Source of the DNA: an uncultured Polaribacter sp.
GTDB lineage: Bacteria; Bacteroidota; Bacteroidia; Flavobacteriales; Flavobacteriaceae
NCBI GenBank assembly: GCA_963422315.1
Contig: OY729423.1
Coordinates: forward strand, 568,131-632,130
Direction: 5' to 3'
Length of the DNA: 64,000 nt
In this document: piece after piece, positions 28,947 to 39,168 of the stretch
Layout: each line of letters starts with the position of its first letter
Position numbering within the stretch: the first letter of the stretch is position 1
Program-made: the position numbers and the translations under genes
The notes under the pieces: model-generated
Database searches by the model: none
The model's input: the letters and a program-made list of their open reading frames with translations, nothing else
What the model was told of the DNA's origin: nothing

Positions 28947-29762
28947 ATGAGTGAATCTAAAAAATTAATCTATGACGTTGGAATGCACAAAGGGGAAGAT
29001 TCTGACTTTTATTTGAAAAAAGGATTTAGAGTTATTGGGTTTGAAGCTGACCCTGACTTGGTGGAATTATGCAGACAACGTTTTTCAGAACAAATTAAAA
29101 CTACCCAATTAACAATAGTTGAAGGTGCAATAATTGATGTTAAAAAGCATAAGGAATCAGATGGCAAAATTAAATTTTTTAAGAATAACAATATGAGTGT
29201 TTGGGGTACCGTTGTTGATGATTGGGCAAACAGGAATGTTAAGTTAGGTTCAGAAAGTGAAGTAATCGAGGTTTCAACTATTGATTTTTCAGAATGCTTA
29301 AATCAATTCGGAGTACCGTATTATTTGAAAATTGATATCGAAGGTATGGATGTCATATGTTTAAGGTCATTAAAAGATGTTACAGAGCGACCTGATTATA
29401 TTTCAATTGAATCAGAAAAGGTCTCTTTTGATAAATTGATGGAAGAATTTAGAATTTTCAAAGAATTGGGATATACTTCATTTCAAGTTATCAATCAATC
29501 AAAAATAAATTCTTACAAGGAACCAAGGGATTCTGTAGAAGGAAAGTATTTGAACTATCAGTTTCATAAAGGTTCAACAGGCTTGTTTGGTAATGATTTA
29601 AACAATAAATGCTGGAGATCGTCAGAGGAAGCTATAAAATATTACAAAAAAATATTCATTGGATATAAATTCCTTGGAGATAACAATCAAATTGATAAAT
29701 TTCTGTTTGAAAGGATTTTTAAAAGAGTAATGGGTCGACTTTGGAATTCCTGGCTGGTATGA
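28947..29762 (+). CDS. FkbM-family methyltransferase
   Basis: 271 aa with an N-terminal IYDVGMHKGEDSDFYLKKGFRVIGFEADP pattern. Confidence 0.6.
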   Translation: MSESKKLIYDVGMHKGEDSDFYLKKGFRVIGFEADPDLVELCRQRFSEQIKTTQLTIVEGAIIDVKKHKESDGKIKFFKNNNMSVWGTVVDDWANRNVKLGSESEVIEVSTIDFSECLNQFGVPYYLKIDIEGMDVICLRSLKDVTERPDYISIESEKVSFDKLMEEFRIFKELGYTSFQVINQSKINSYKEPRDSVEGKYLNYQFHKGSTGLFGNDLNNKCWRSSEEAIKYYKKIFIGYKFLGDNNQIDKFLFERIFKRVMGRLWNSWLV

Positions 29763-29971
29763 TACGCATGCAAAACACTCTTCAGTTATTAATCGTTTAA
29801 ATAATTAGTTTGTTTAATACTTCTATATTGGGCATTGTTAATAAAGTATACTTAATTGATTGTTCCTTTTCAACATTAGCATCATGATAGCCTCCTTTAA
29901 TCTGTCAACATTTTTAGAATAGCATTTACTTTATTCTTCTCAATCGTGCTATAAAATGTCTAAATAAACTG

Positions 29972-30196
29972 TTATACCCTTCTACAGCAAAAGTTTCTGC
30001 TTTGCTTTGAGCATGTTTGTCTTGAGAAATTAATAGTTTTCCCACTTTGAACTGCTTGGATCGGTTTTGGAGAACCTCCGTCAAATCGTTCAATCAGTTG
30101 CCAAGTCCCATAAATAGAAGTTTCTTGTAGTTTTGTTTTCTTTTCACAACCAGTGAATAGAAAAAACATTGATAATATTAAAATCATATTTTTCAT
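29972..30196 (-). CDS. Small lipoprotein, probably truncated
   Basis: An internal ATG gives MKNMILILSMFFLFTGC (a lipobox) followed by a GTWQLIE... lipocalin-like start. The C-terminal part looks out of frame. Confidence 0.3.
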   Translation of the reverse strand: MKNMILILSMFFLFTGCEKKTKLQETSIYGTWQLIERFDGGSPKPIQAVQSGKTINFSRQTCSKQSRNFCCRRV

Positions 30197-30308
30197 AATT
30201 AAAATGTTTATAAGCGTTCGTCTATAAAATGAGGTCTGCCAGAAAAAATCTTTCTCGCTTCTTTTTCTATTTCTCGTTCTAACCAAAATTCAAATGCTTT
30301 AAACATTT

Positions 30309-31773
30309 TAATTAGTCAAGCCTTAAAAAATCAGTTTAAAATAAAAAGCACAAAATTTGGTTTGCATAAAAATTTGAAATCGCCTTTGAAAAAAGAGTAA
30401 AAAAGAATGTTTCCACTTGTTAATCATTCTTTTGAAGTTAAACCCTGCTGCTGCAAGCATAATATTGATGTTATCACCCACTACTTCCTTGTAAAAGTTG
30501 CGATTAAGTCTATGATTTGCCTTGATGTGTCCTATTACTGGTTCTATGCCTGCTCGTTTTTTGTGAGCTTGGCTTAATTTCTTTCGAAGGTAATAACTCA
30601 TAGATTTTTTTGGTGGTGATGGAACAAGAATTTCTGTATCTTTTATTCTTTTTTTGCCTCTATATCCTCTGTCTACTTTTGCTCTTTTTGGTAATAATCC
30701 TGTTAATTTTTTTACTTGATCTAAAACTGGTTCTAAAGTGTGTCCGTCATATTGGTTGCGAAATCCCATTGCTCCAACAACTACTCCGGTGTCTGTTTTT
30801 ACGAATGATGCCTTGTTGCCAAACTCATACTTCTTGTGTTCTTTTCCTTTAGAGATGCAACAAACTTCAGGCTCGTGAAGTGAATAAATTTTGTTTTTAG
30901 AATTTCTCTTTTGTGATAATACCTGTTTAAATAAATCTAAATCTGATTGATACTTTGAGTTGGGAGGTAGGTTTCGCTCAAGCTCTCTAATAAGCCTTCC
31001 ACAAATGGTCTTTATTTTTCTGTCTGCTTTTTTTGCTTTTGCCCTGTTCTTTGGATGATTCCTAAAACGTTGGTCTCTAGATAATTTCTTTAATGTTCGA
31101 GTATAAGTTTGCCTAACAGGTAGTTGCTCTTTAGTAGCAATGGATTTACATTTTTTAATAATCTTTTTATGCAACTTTGCATCGGTAGGAAAGCTAATGT
31201 TTTTCTCTTGAACAGTAGTGTCTATATTGACGTTTTCGTCTTTGCTATCCTCTGCGTTTATTCGTATGCTTTCTTTTAAAATAAGTTCTATGCCAACTTC
31301 CTTAATACGATTACGAAAGTGAACCAATTCACTAGCTTCGCAAGGAACTCCACAAACAAAATTAGTTTCTCCACAAAAATATTGGTAGTAGTTATTTTCA
31401 GACCATTGCTCTACAACGCTCTAATCGGAGACATTACGGATATGTTTGAGCATAAGAAGACCTACCATTAGACGTATAGATTTAGCAGGTCTGCCTTTGT
31501 CTTTACTATACAAGGGCAAAAAAGCGTCTTCAAATTGTTTCCAATTTATTTTATTTGCCAATATGTAAAGAGGGTGTTTTTGGTTTAAAGTGTCTTTAAA
31601 ACTAAAAAATAAATTGCCTTGATTTGTATTCTTGTTTTTTGGAATCATAATTTTAAAAAAATTGCAAGATTAATACATCAAAGATACAAAAACTTGTAGA
31701 TATTTACAAATGTTTTTTAATCTATTTTATTGATATTTAAAGTGTTAAATGATTTTTAAGGGGTGACTAATTA
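30309..31773 (-). mobile_element. IS5-family insertion sequence (about 1.46 kb) with about 21-bp imperfect terminal inverted repeats
   Basis: TAATTAGTCAAGCCTTAAAAA (30309-30329) against the reverse complement of TTTTTAAGGGGTGACTAATTA (31753-31773), with 2 mismatches. Confidence 0.7.
30323..31648 (-). pseudogene. IS5-family transposase with an in-frame TAG
   Basis: The N-terminal 75 aa (DUF772-like ...GRPAKSIRLMVGLLMLKHIRNVSD) are followed by a TAG at 31418-31420. The reading then continues in the same frame (SVVEQWSENNYYQYFCGE...) into the 334-aa ORF. Confidence 0.75.
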
Positions 31774-31789
31774 TAAAGATAAGGTTGTT

Positions 31790-33583
31790 TTATTTATTTG
31801 CTTTGCGTTCAAGTTCAGTTTGAAACTCTTCCATTACGGGTCTTACGGTGTTTTCGGGTATGTCAGCTACTTTAATATACATTAATCCATCGACAGAGTT
31901 ATTAAATTTAGGATCGACATTAAAGGCTACTACTCTTGCATTTTGTTTCACGTATTTTTTAAGAAGCACCGGCATTCTTAAAGTTCCGGGCTCAATTTCG
32001 TCAATTATTTTATCAAACTTTTTCATGTCAGATTTAGTAGCGTCAAACACAAAATCTTTATCGCCGTCTTTTAGCTTTACCTTATATTCTTTTTTAGGCG
32101 ATATATATTGAGCGAGGTATGGGTCGTAATAATGAGACTTCATAAATTCAATCATTAAAGATTTTGAGAAGTCAGAAAATTTATTACTAATAGAAACGCC
32201 TCCCATTAGATATTTATGCTTTGGAAATCTTAAAGTAACGCTTATTATACCTTTCCATAATAAAAACAAAGGCATCGGCTTTTGTTGAAATTCTTTAGTA
32301 ATAAAAGCTCTTCCCATTTCAATAGTGTTTTCCATCATTTGATGTAGCTCGGGTTCTATTCTAAAAAGAGTTTGTATATAAAAACCGTTAATTCCAAGTT
32401 TTTTAAAAATTTCCCTACCAAATCCCATTCTATATGCACCTGCCAAACGTTTAGAATTGTTGTCCCACAAAAACATGTGACGATAGTATTTGTCGTATTT
32501 ATCTAAATCGATAGGATTATTGGTTCCCTCGCCAATATCTCTAAAAGTAATCTCTCTCAGCCTTCCTATTTCGTGTAATAAATTTGGAATTTGCTTTGCA
32601 TTTGCTAGAAAAACTTCATAGTTCTTGCTTTTTATAAGCCTTTTATTTTTGCTTCTTAAAGCCTCAATTTCTTTAATAAACAGTTCTACGCTTTTTTGGG
32701 AAGTAATATTTTTAACTGATTTTTTAATTCTAATATTTTTAGCGGAAAGTATCTTTTGAGATTTTTGAAATGGATTTGCTAGCATATAAGTTTTTTTTCT
32801 TATAAAGTCGCTAAATTCGGATATATCTTTATATTTATTTTGGTCTTCAACAGAAATAGGTTTTCCGATTCTAATTTTGGTTAGTTTTCCTTTTTGTTTA
32901 GCCATTTCAGAAGGCAATTTAGCGGTTCTTAAAACGTCAGATATTTTTGCTAAAAAGTAAAAAAACCGGCTATTTTTGGCATGAAAATAAATAGGAATTA
33001 TTGGAACATTTGCTTTTTTAATTAGCCTTACCGCTTCTTTTTCCCAAGGTCTGTCAACGATTAATTTCCCTTCTTTAAAAGTAGAGACCTCGCCCGAAGG
33101 GAATATTCCTAAAGGCTTTCCTTCTTTTAAGTGGCTTAAAGCATTTTTAACTCCGGTAAAATTAGATTTTACGTTTTTTTTGGTTTCAAAAGGGTTGACC
33201 ATCAATATATAAGGCTTTAAGGGTTCAATCCTTTGTATTAAAAAATTTGCTAAAATCTTGTAATCGTCTCTTTTTTCGACAACTAGTTTTAAAAGTAATA
33301 CTCCGTCAATACCTCCAAGAGGATGATTAGATATAGTAATAAAAGCTCCCTTTTTTGGAATTCTTTCTAAATCTTCGCTCGGTATTTTAAATTTAATTTC
33401 GTAGTCGTTTAAAACGCCATTTATAAAATCTAGTCCTTTCTTGTTTTTATTGTTATTATAAACTTTGTTTACCACAGAAATTTGTAGCATCTTTAACAAT
33501 ATCCAGCCAACAAAATTTCCTAAAAAACCAAATTTTTTAAACCCAATTAGATTCGCAATTTCTTTAGAGCTTACTAATGCCAT
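31790..33583 (-). CDS. Bifunctional acyltransferase, OlsF-like (PlsC-type domain plus GNAT/hemolysin-like N-acyltransferase domain)
   Basis: 597 aa with an H-x4-D motif (SNHPLGGIDG) in the N-terminal half and a GNAT-like C-terminal half. This architecture matches aminolipid (ornithine-lipid) synthases described in Flavobacteria and Serratia. Confidence 0.6.
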   Translation of the reverse strand: MALVSSKEIANLIGFKKFGFLGNFVGWILLKMLQISVVNKVYNNNKNKKGLDFINGVLNDYEIKFKIPSEDLERIPKKGAFITISNHPLGGIDGVLLLKLVVEKRDDYKILANFLIQRIEPLKPYILMVNPFETKKNVKSNFTGVKNALSHLKEGKPLGIFPSGEVSTFKEGKLIVDRPWEKEAVRLIKKANVPIIPIYFHAKNSRFFYFLAKISDVLRTAKLPSEMAKQKGKLTKIRIGKPISVEDQNKYKDISEFSDFIRKKTYMLANPFQKSQKILSAKNIRIKKSVKNITSQKSVELFIKEIEALRSKNKRLIKSKNYEVFLANAKQIPNLLHEIGRLREITFRDIGEGTNNPIDLDKYDKYYRHMFLWDNNSKRLAGAYRMGFGREIFKKLGINGFYIQTLFRIEPELHQMMENTIEMGRAFITKEFQQKPMPLFLLWKGIISVTLRFPKHKYLMGGVSISNKFSDFSKSLMIEFMKSHYYDPYLAQYISPKKEYKVKLKDGDKDFVFDATKSDMKKFDKIIDEIEPGTLRMPVLLKKYVKQNARVVAFNVDPKFNNSVDGLMYIKVADIPENTVRPVMEEFQTELERKANK

Positions 33584-33717
33584 AAATTAATATTAAAGAC
33601 AGTCGGCAAAGTTACTTAAAAAGATTAAAAAAAACAGAAGCAGTAATTTGAATGTTTTTTTGGAATTTGTATTCAAGTGGGAAATAAATTTTTTGTTCTA
33701 GATCTTATGCCTGTACT

Positions 33718-34209
33718 CTAAATTTTACTCTGATAGCTATTTATAAATTTGGCGATACTTTCTTTGCTAATTTGCACAACTGACCATTGGTTTAGGTATT
33801 TAGCTCCAGTGCTTTTATAAAATTCTATCGCGTTGGTGTTCCAGTCTAAAACTTCCCAGCAAACTCTTTTAAATTTGTTGTCATAAGCATATTTTAGTAC
33901 TGCACGATATAGTGCTTTTCCGACTCCTAATTTTCGTTTACTTTTTATTACAATCAAATCTTCTAAATGTATCGTCCTTCCTTTCCACGTAGAATAACGC
34001 TCATAGAACAATGCTATTCCGATAATATTATTTTTAACTTCTGCTACAAACACTTTAAACTTTGGAGTTTTAGAAAAACCATCTTCAACCAAATTATCGA
34101 CCGTTATTTCTACTGCATCAGCCTCTTTCTCAAAAATTGCTAATTCTTTGATTAAAGCTAAAACAGACTTCATATCGTGTTTTTTAGCAAATCTTACCTT
34201 AAAATCCAT
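33718..34209 (-). CDS. GNAT family N-acetyltransferase
   Basis: 163 aa with the motif-A-like RKLGVGKALY. Confidence 0.75.
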   Translation of the reverse strand: MDFKVRFAKKHDMKSVLALIKELAIFEKEADAVEITVDNLVEDGFSKTPKFKVFVAEVKNNIIGIALFYERYSTWKGRTIHLEDLIVIKSKRKLGVGKALYRAVLKYAYDNKFKRVCWEVLDWNTNAIEFYKSTGAKYLNQWSVVQISKESIAKFINSYQSKI

Positions 34210-34377
34210 TTTATAAAAATTTTTGATAAAGATAGTTGTTATTAAATATCAGCACAATATATTTTTAAATATAGCCAAATAAAAAATATTAATGATTTAC
34301 CTATAAAAATTGTATTTACTAATTTAACTTAGCATTGCTATAATTTTATAATCGAATAAAAAATAGTTTAATAATTT

Positions 34378-35589
34378 ATGAATTACGAGCAAACTTTAAA
34401 TTGGATGTTTGGGCATTTAAGGATGTATCAAAAAGAAGGTAAAAAGGCATTTAAAAAAAACTTAAACAATATTTTAGCATTTGTCGAAAGGTTAGATAAC
34501 CCTCATTCAAAGTTTAAGTCAATTCACGTTGCAGGCACTAATGGTAAAGGCTCTACTTGCCATATATTAGCCTCTATTATGCAAGAAGCAGGCTATAAAG
34601 TTGGCTTATATACATCTCCGCATTTAAAGAATTTTACAGAAAGAATTAAAATTAATGGAAAAGAAGTTTCAAGAAAACATGTTATTAATTTTATTGCTAA
34701 AAATCAATCTTTTTTAAAAAACCAAAACTTGTCTTTTTTTGAAATGACAGTCGGAATGGCGTTCGACTATTTCGCTAAACAAAAGGTTGATTTTGCAATT
34801 ATAGAAGTCGGTTTAGGCGGCAGGTTAGATTCTACAAATATTATTAAGCCTTTGGTTTCTGTAATAACAAACATAGGATTAGACCACACCGAATTTTTAG
34901 GGACTACCCTAAAGGAAATAGCTCTTGAAAAAGCAGGAATAATAAAGCCTAACATACCAGTAGTTATCGGAGAGAAACAGAAAGATGTAGAAAACGTTTT
35001 TTTTAAAAAATCTTATGAAACAAAGTCTAAACTTACTTTTGCTTCTAATATTAAAGAAAATTATCAAATAGGTTTGTTAGGAGATTATCAAAAAAAGAAT
35101 GCTAAAACTGCTGTTGCAACGGCTCGGTTATTAAGAGGTTACAGAATTTCAGAGAAAAACATTATAGACGGTATGCTAAAAGTAATAGACAATACTAACT
35201 TCAAAGGCAGGTGGCAAATTTTACAAGAAAATCCAAAAATAATTTGTGATACCGCACATAATAAAGAAAGTTTAGAAATAGTCTTGTCTCAACTAAAAAA
35301 AGAAAAATATATAAATTTACACGTAGTTTTAGGTTTTGTTTCAGATAAAAAATTAGAAAACATCCTTCCGTTGTTTTCAAAAGATGCTAAATATTATTTC
35401 TGTAAGCCTAACTTGGAAAGAGGCTTGAATGAAAGCACACTACAGGAAAAAGCGTCATTATATAATTTAAAAGGAAAAATTTATTTTTCAGTAAAAAATG
35501 CGTTAGAGCAAGCCTTATTAGTCGCAAAAAAGGAAGACTTAATATATGTCGGAGGCAGTACTTATGTGGTAGCAGAGGTAATTAAATAA
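34378..35589 (+). CDS. folC: Folylpolyglutamate synthase / dihydrofolate synthase
   Basis: 403 aa with the P-loop HVAGTNGKGST, a Mur ligase family pattern. Confidence 0.85.
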   Translation: MNYEQTLNWMFGHLRMYQKEGKKAFKKNLNNILAFVERLDNPHSKFKSIHVAGTNGKGSTCHILASIMQEAGYKVGLYTSPHLKNFTERIKINGKEVSRKHVINFIAKNQSFLKNQNLSFFEMTVGMAFDYFAKQKVDFAIIEVGLGGRLDSTNIIKPLVSVITNIGLDHTEFLGTTLKEIALEKAGIIKPNIPVVIGEKQKDVENVFFKKSYETKSKLTFASNIKENYQIGLLGDYQKKNAKTAVATARLLRGYRISEKNIIDGMLKVIDNTNFKGRWQILQENPKIICDTAHNKESLEIVLSQLKKEKYINLHVVLGFVSDKKLENILPLFSKDAKYYFCKPNLERGLNESTLQEKASLYNLKGKIYFSVKNALEQALLVAKKEDLIYVGGSTYVVAEVIK

Positions 35590-35648
35590 TTTTATTTTGT
35601 CAAATTTTAAATGTATTGTATATTTGTCCGCTTAAAAATTAAAAAAAT

Positions 35649-35723
35649 GGGTGCGTAGCTCAGCTGGTTCAGAGCACTTGGTTTACACCCAAGGGGTCAG
35701 GGGTTCGAATCCCTTCGCACCCA
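35649..35723 (+). tRNA. tRNA-Val (anticodon TAC)
   Basis: Cloverleaf folded by hand: acceptor GGGTGCG/CGCACCC, anticodon loop TTTACAC, T-arm GGTTCGAATCC. Confidence 0.9.
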
Positions 35724-35885
35724 CTCATTTAAAGAAAGTTCTTGTTTTATTCTGTATTAGCACAAATATTATGAAACGAACGCTATTGCCTATCATTATC
35801 CTTTTTTCCAGTATTTGCGTTGATTCAAGAAAGTGCCGTTAACTGGATATGTATAAATTTTACTAATAGCTAAAAATTAAATACA

Positions 35886-37955
35886 ATGAAAAAAAGCATA
35901 TTATTATTAGCATTTTTAATTGCGAATATAGCTTATGCGCAGTTAGACAAAAACACAAAAGCAAAGCTATACTATGCAGAAGCAGAAACACATTTTAACG
36001 ATAGCAATTTCTATGAAACAATTAAATATGTAGAAAAAGTAGAAAAAGCACTGGGTAGAGAAAATCCGAGAACATTAAACCTAAAAATCAAATCACATTA
36101 TAATATAGGAAACTATATACTGGCACAAATTCTAATAAATAGGTTTATCGATAAACATCAAAAAAATACCACAGAAAAAATAAAAAACGAAACGCTTAAT
36201 TATTTTCTTAGGATTAAGGGTGAGGCAGAAAAGCAATTATCAAAAGTAAAATTTAAAGAGGGCTTTGCTTGGATAAAACTAAATGAAAAATACGGGTTTA
36301 TTGATAAAACGGGCAAAGTAGCTGTCCCTATTAAATATGATAGAGTTTGGGCTTTTCTCGAGGGTTTGGCTTGGATAAAACTAAACGGAAAATATGGGTT
36401 TATTGATAAAATGGGCAAAGTAGTTGTTCCTATTAAATATGATAAGGCTTGGGCTTTTCGCGAAGATTTAGCTGGAGTAAAATTAAAAGGAAAATATGGG
36501 TTTATTGATAAAACAGGTAAAGTAGTTGTTCCTATTAAATATGATGAAGCTTGGTCTTTTCGCGAGGGTTTGGCTTGGGTAAAATTAAATAAAAAATATG
36601 GGTTTATTGATAAAACTGGCAAAGTAGTTGTCCCTATTAAATATGATAGAGTTTGGGCTTTTCGCAAGGGTTTGGCTGTGGTAAAATTAAACAAAAAATA
36701 TGGGTTTATTGATAAAACTGGCAAAGTAGCTATCCCTATTAAATATGATAAGGCTTGGAAATTTATCGAGGGTTTAGCTTGGGTAAGATTAAATGAAAAA
36801 TATGGACTTATTGATAAAACAGGCAAAGTAATTATACCTACTAAATATGATTGGGCTTGGAAATTTGCCGATGGTTTAGCTTGGGTAAAATTAAACGGAA
36901 AATATGGGCTTATTGATAAAACGGGCAAAGAAATTACGCCTATTAAATATGATGCTGCTGGAGATTTTAGCGATGATTTGGCTGTAGTAGAATTAAACGG
37001 AAAGTCTGGATTTATTGATAAAACAGGCAAAGTAGTTATAGCTATTAAATATGATGATGTTAGTTCTTTTCGCGATGATTTGGCTAAAGTAGAATTAAAC
37101 GGAAAGTCTGGATATATTGATAAAACAGGCAAAGTAGTTATAGCTATTAAATATGATGACGTTAGTCATTTTAGCGATGATTTGGCTAAAATAGAATTAA
37201 ACAGAAAGTTTGGGTTTATTGATAAAATGGGCAAAGTAGTTATACCTATCAAGTATGATGATGTTAGTCTTTTTAGCGAGGGTTTGGCTGTGGTAATATC
37301 AAACGGAAAGCGCGGATTTATTGATAAAACAGATAAAGTAGTTATACCTTTTAAATATGATAAAGCTGGAGATTTTAGCGAGGGTTTGGCTAAAGTAAGA
37401 TTAAGTGGAAAATTTGGATTTATTGATAAGACTGACAAAGAAATTATACCTATTAAGTATGATTTTGCTTCGGAATTTAGCAAAGGGCTGGCTTTGGTAT
37501 CATTAAATGGAAAACTGGGGTATATTAACAAGATGAATAAAAAATCTACCCCTGTTAAAGCTCTTGAAGTAGAAGAAATTGTAGAGACAAAAAAAGTAAA
37601 AGCCGAAGGTTTTATGGATATAGAGAACGTTCCGGTTTTTCCCGGTTGTAAGGGCGATAATGTAAAGCTAAAAAACTGCTTTAGTAAAAAAATACAAAAG
37701 CACTTTTCTAGAAAATTTGACTTAGATTTACCAAACAAATTAGGACTATCTCGCGGTAGAAAAAGAGTGCTTATTAGATTTAAAATTGATAAAAATGGAT
37801 ATATAGTCGACATTAAAGCAAGAGCTCCGCATCCGAGAATTAAAAGCGAAGTAGCTAAAGTTATGAGACTTTTGCCTAAAATAAAGCCGGGCAAAGAAAG
37901 AGGTAGGTTAGTAGATGTAAACTATAGTATTCCTTTTACTTTGATTGTCGAATAA
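35886..37955 (+). CDS. WG-repeat protein with a TonB-C-like C-terminal domain
   Basis: 689 aa with a signal peptide and about 12 units of KYGFIDKTGKVVIPIKYD...F.EGLA. The C-terminal ~110 aa are TonB-C-like (VPVFPGC...). Confidence 0.8.
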   Translation: MKKSILLLAFLIANIAYAQLDKNTKAKLYYAEAETHFNDSNFYETIKYVEKVEKALGRENPRTLNLKIKSHYNIGNYILAQILINRFIDKHQKNTTEKIKNETLNYFLRIKGEAEKQLSKVKFKEGFAWIKLNEKYGFIDKTGKVAVPIKYDRVWAFLEGLAWIKLNGKYGFIDKMGKVVVPIKYDKAWAFREDLAGVKLKGKYGFIDKTGKVVVPIKYDEAWSFREGLAWVKLNKKYGFIDKTGKVVVPIKYDRVWAFRKGLAVVKLNKKYGFIDKTGKVAIPIKYDKAWKFIEGLAWVRLNEKYGLIDKTGKVIIPTKYDWAWKFADGLAWVKLNGKYGLIDKTGKEITPIKYDAAGDFSDDLAVVELNGKSGFIDKTGKVVIAIKYDDVSSFRDDLAKVELNGKSGYIDKTGKVVIAIKYDDVSHFSDDLAKIELNRKFGFIDKMGKVVIPIKYDDVSLFSEGLAVVISNGKRGFIDKTDKVVIPFKYDKAGDFSEGLAKVRLSGKFGFIDKTDKEIIPIKYDFASEFSKGLALVSLNGKLGYINKMNKKSTPVKALEVEEIVETKKVKAEGFMDIENVPVFPGCKGDNVKLKNCFSKKIQKHFSRKFDLDLPNKLGLSRGRKRVLIRFKIDKNGYIVDIKARAPHPRIKSEVAKVMRLLPKIKPGKERGRLVDVNYSIPFTLIVE

Positions 37956-38159
37956 TAATAAAACTATTGCAAAGCAGAATCTAAATTACCAAAAACCTTG
38001 TCTTATGTTTTTTAAATTTATAAATCAAAAAACTACTTGGCGACAATTAAATTTGCCCATTAGTAAAAAAATAAAAAACACTTCGAATTAATATAAATTT
38101 TACATATTTGCACCTTGATTTATACATAAACTTATTAACAACTAAATTTTTAAATAATT

Positions 38160-39119
38160 ATGAAAAAAAGCATATTATTATTAGCATTTTTAATTGTGAA
38201 TATAGCTTATGCACAGTTAGACAAAAACACCAAAGCAAAGCTATATTCTACAGAAGCAGAGAGACATTTTAACAATAATAATTTTTATGAAGCAATTAAA
38301 TATGTAGAAAAAGTAGAAAAAACACTGGGAAAAGAAAACCCAAAAACGCTAAACTTAAAAATTAAATCACATTATAATATAGGAAATTATATACTGGCAC
38401 AAACTCTAATAAATAGGTTTATTGACGAACATCAAAAAAATGCAACAGAAAAAATCAAAAACGAAACTCTTAGTTATTTTGCTAGGATTGAGGATGCTTA
38501 TGAAAAAAGAATTAGTTCTATTACCTTTATAGATGGATTAGCTTCGGTCAAAGAGAATGGCAAATATGGATATATAAACAAAACAGGTACTGTGGTTATT
38601 CCTTTTCAATTTGATAAAGTTTGGCCTTTTAGCGAGGGTTTGGCTTTGGTAAAATTAAATAAAAAATACGGATATATTGATAAGACTGGAAAAGTAGTTA
38701 TACCTATTAAATATGATGATGCTCGGTCTTTTCGCGAGGGTTTGGCTTGGGTAAAATCAAATAAAAAATACGGATTTATTGATAAGACTGGCAAAGTAAC
38801 TGCCCCTATTAAATATGATAAAGTTTGGCCTTTTATCGAGGGATTAGCTGCAGTCGAAAAGAATGATAAATGGGGATATATAAACAAAAAAGGTATTGTG
38901 GTTATTCCTATTCAATTTGGTTTTGCTTGGTCTTTTAGCGAGGGATTAGCTATGGTCGAAAAGAATGATAAATATGGATATATAAACAAAAAAGGTACTT
39001 TGGTTATTCCTTTTCAATTTGATAATGCTTGGTCTTTTAGCGAGGGATTAGCTAGGGTCAAAAAGAATGATAAATGGTTTTACATCAACAAAAAAGGAGA
39101 ATACGTAAAAGATCGGTAA
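38160..39119 (+). CDS. WG-repeat protein (short paralog)
   Basis: 319 aa. The N-terminal ~110 aa are nearly identical to the 689-aa paralog. It has about 5 WG units. Confidence 0.8.
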   Translation: MKKSILLLAFLIVNIAYAQLDKNTKAKLYSTEAERHFNNNNFYEAIKYVEKVEKTLGKENPKTLNLKIKSHYNIGNYILAQTLINRFIDEHQKNATEKIKNETLSYFARIEDAYEKRISSITFIDGLASVKENGKYGYINKTGTVVIPFQFDKVWPFSEGLALVKLNKKYGYIDKTGKVVIPIKYDDARSFREGLAWVKSNKKYGFIDKTGKVTAPIKYDKVWPFIEGLAAVEKNDKWGYINKKGIVVIPIQFGFAWSFSEGLAMVEKNDKYGYINKKGTLVIPFQFDNAWSFSEGLARVKKNDKWFYINKKGEYVKDR

Positions 39120-39160
39120 TTTAAATAAATAAAAAACACTTCCAATTAATAAAAATTTTA

Positions 39161-39168
39161 TATATTTG
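39161..39168 (+). promoter_or_regulatory. Candidate -7 box TATATTTG
   Basis: Lies within a 51-bp segment (39129-39179) that duplicates the upstream region of the WG gene (38071-38121). Confidence 0.45.

Noticed and set aside
30610-30852. 80-aa plus-strand ORF
   Set aside because: It is antisense to the IS5-family transposase gene and has a Leu/Phe/Cys-rich composition.
35651-35842. 63-aa plus-strand ORF
   Set aside because: Its first half is the tRNA-Val gene itself read as protein.
36200-37894. Long antisense ORFs (310 aa and 242 aa, minus strand) inside the WG-repeat gene
   Set aside because: Their repetitive translation mirrors the sense-strand repeat. The sense ORF has a signal peptide, recognisable WG units and a C-terminal domain. 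The antisense frames are an artefact of the periodic sequence.
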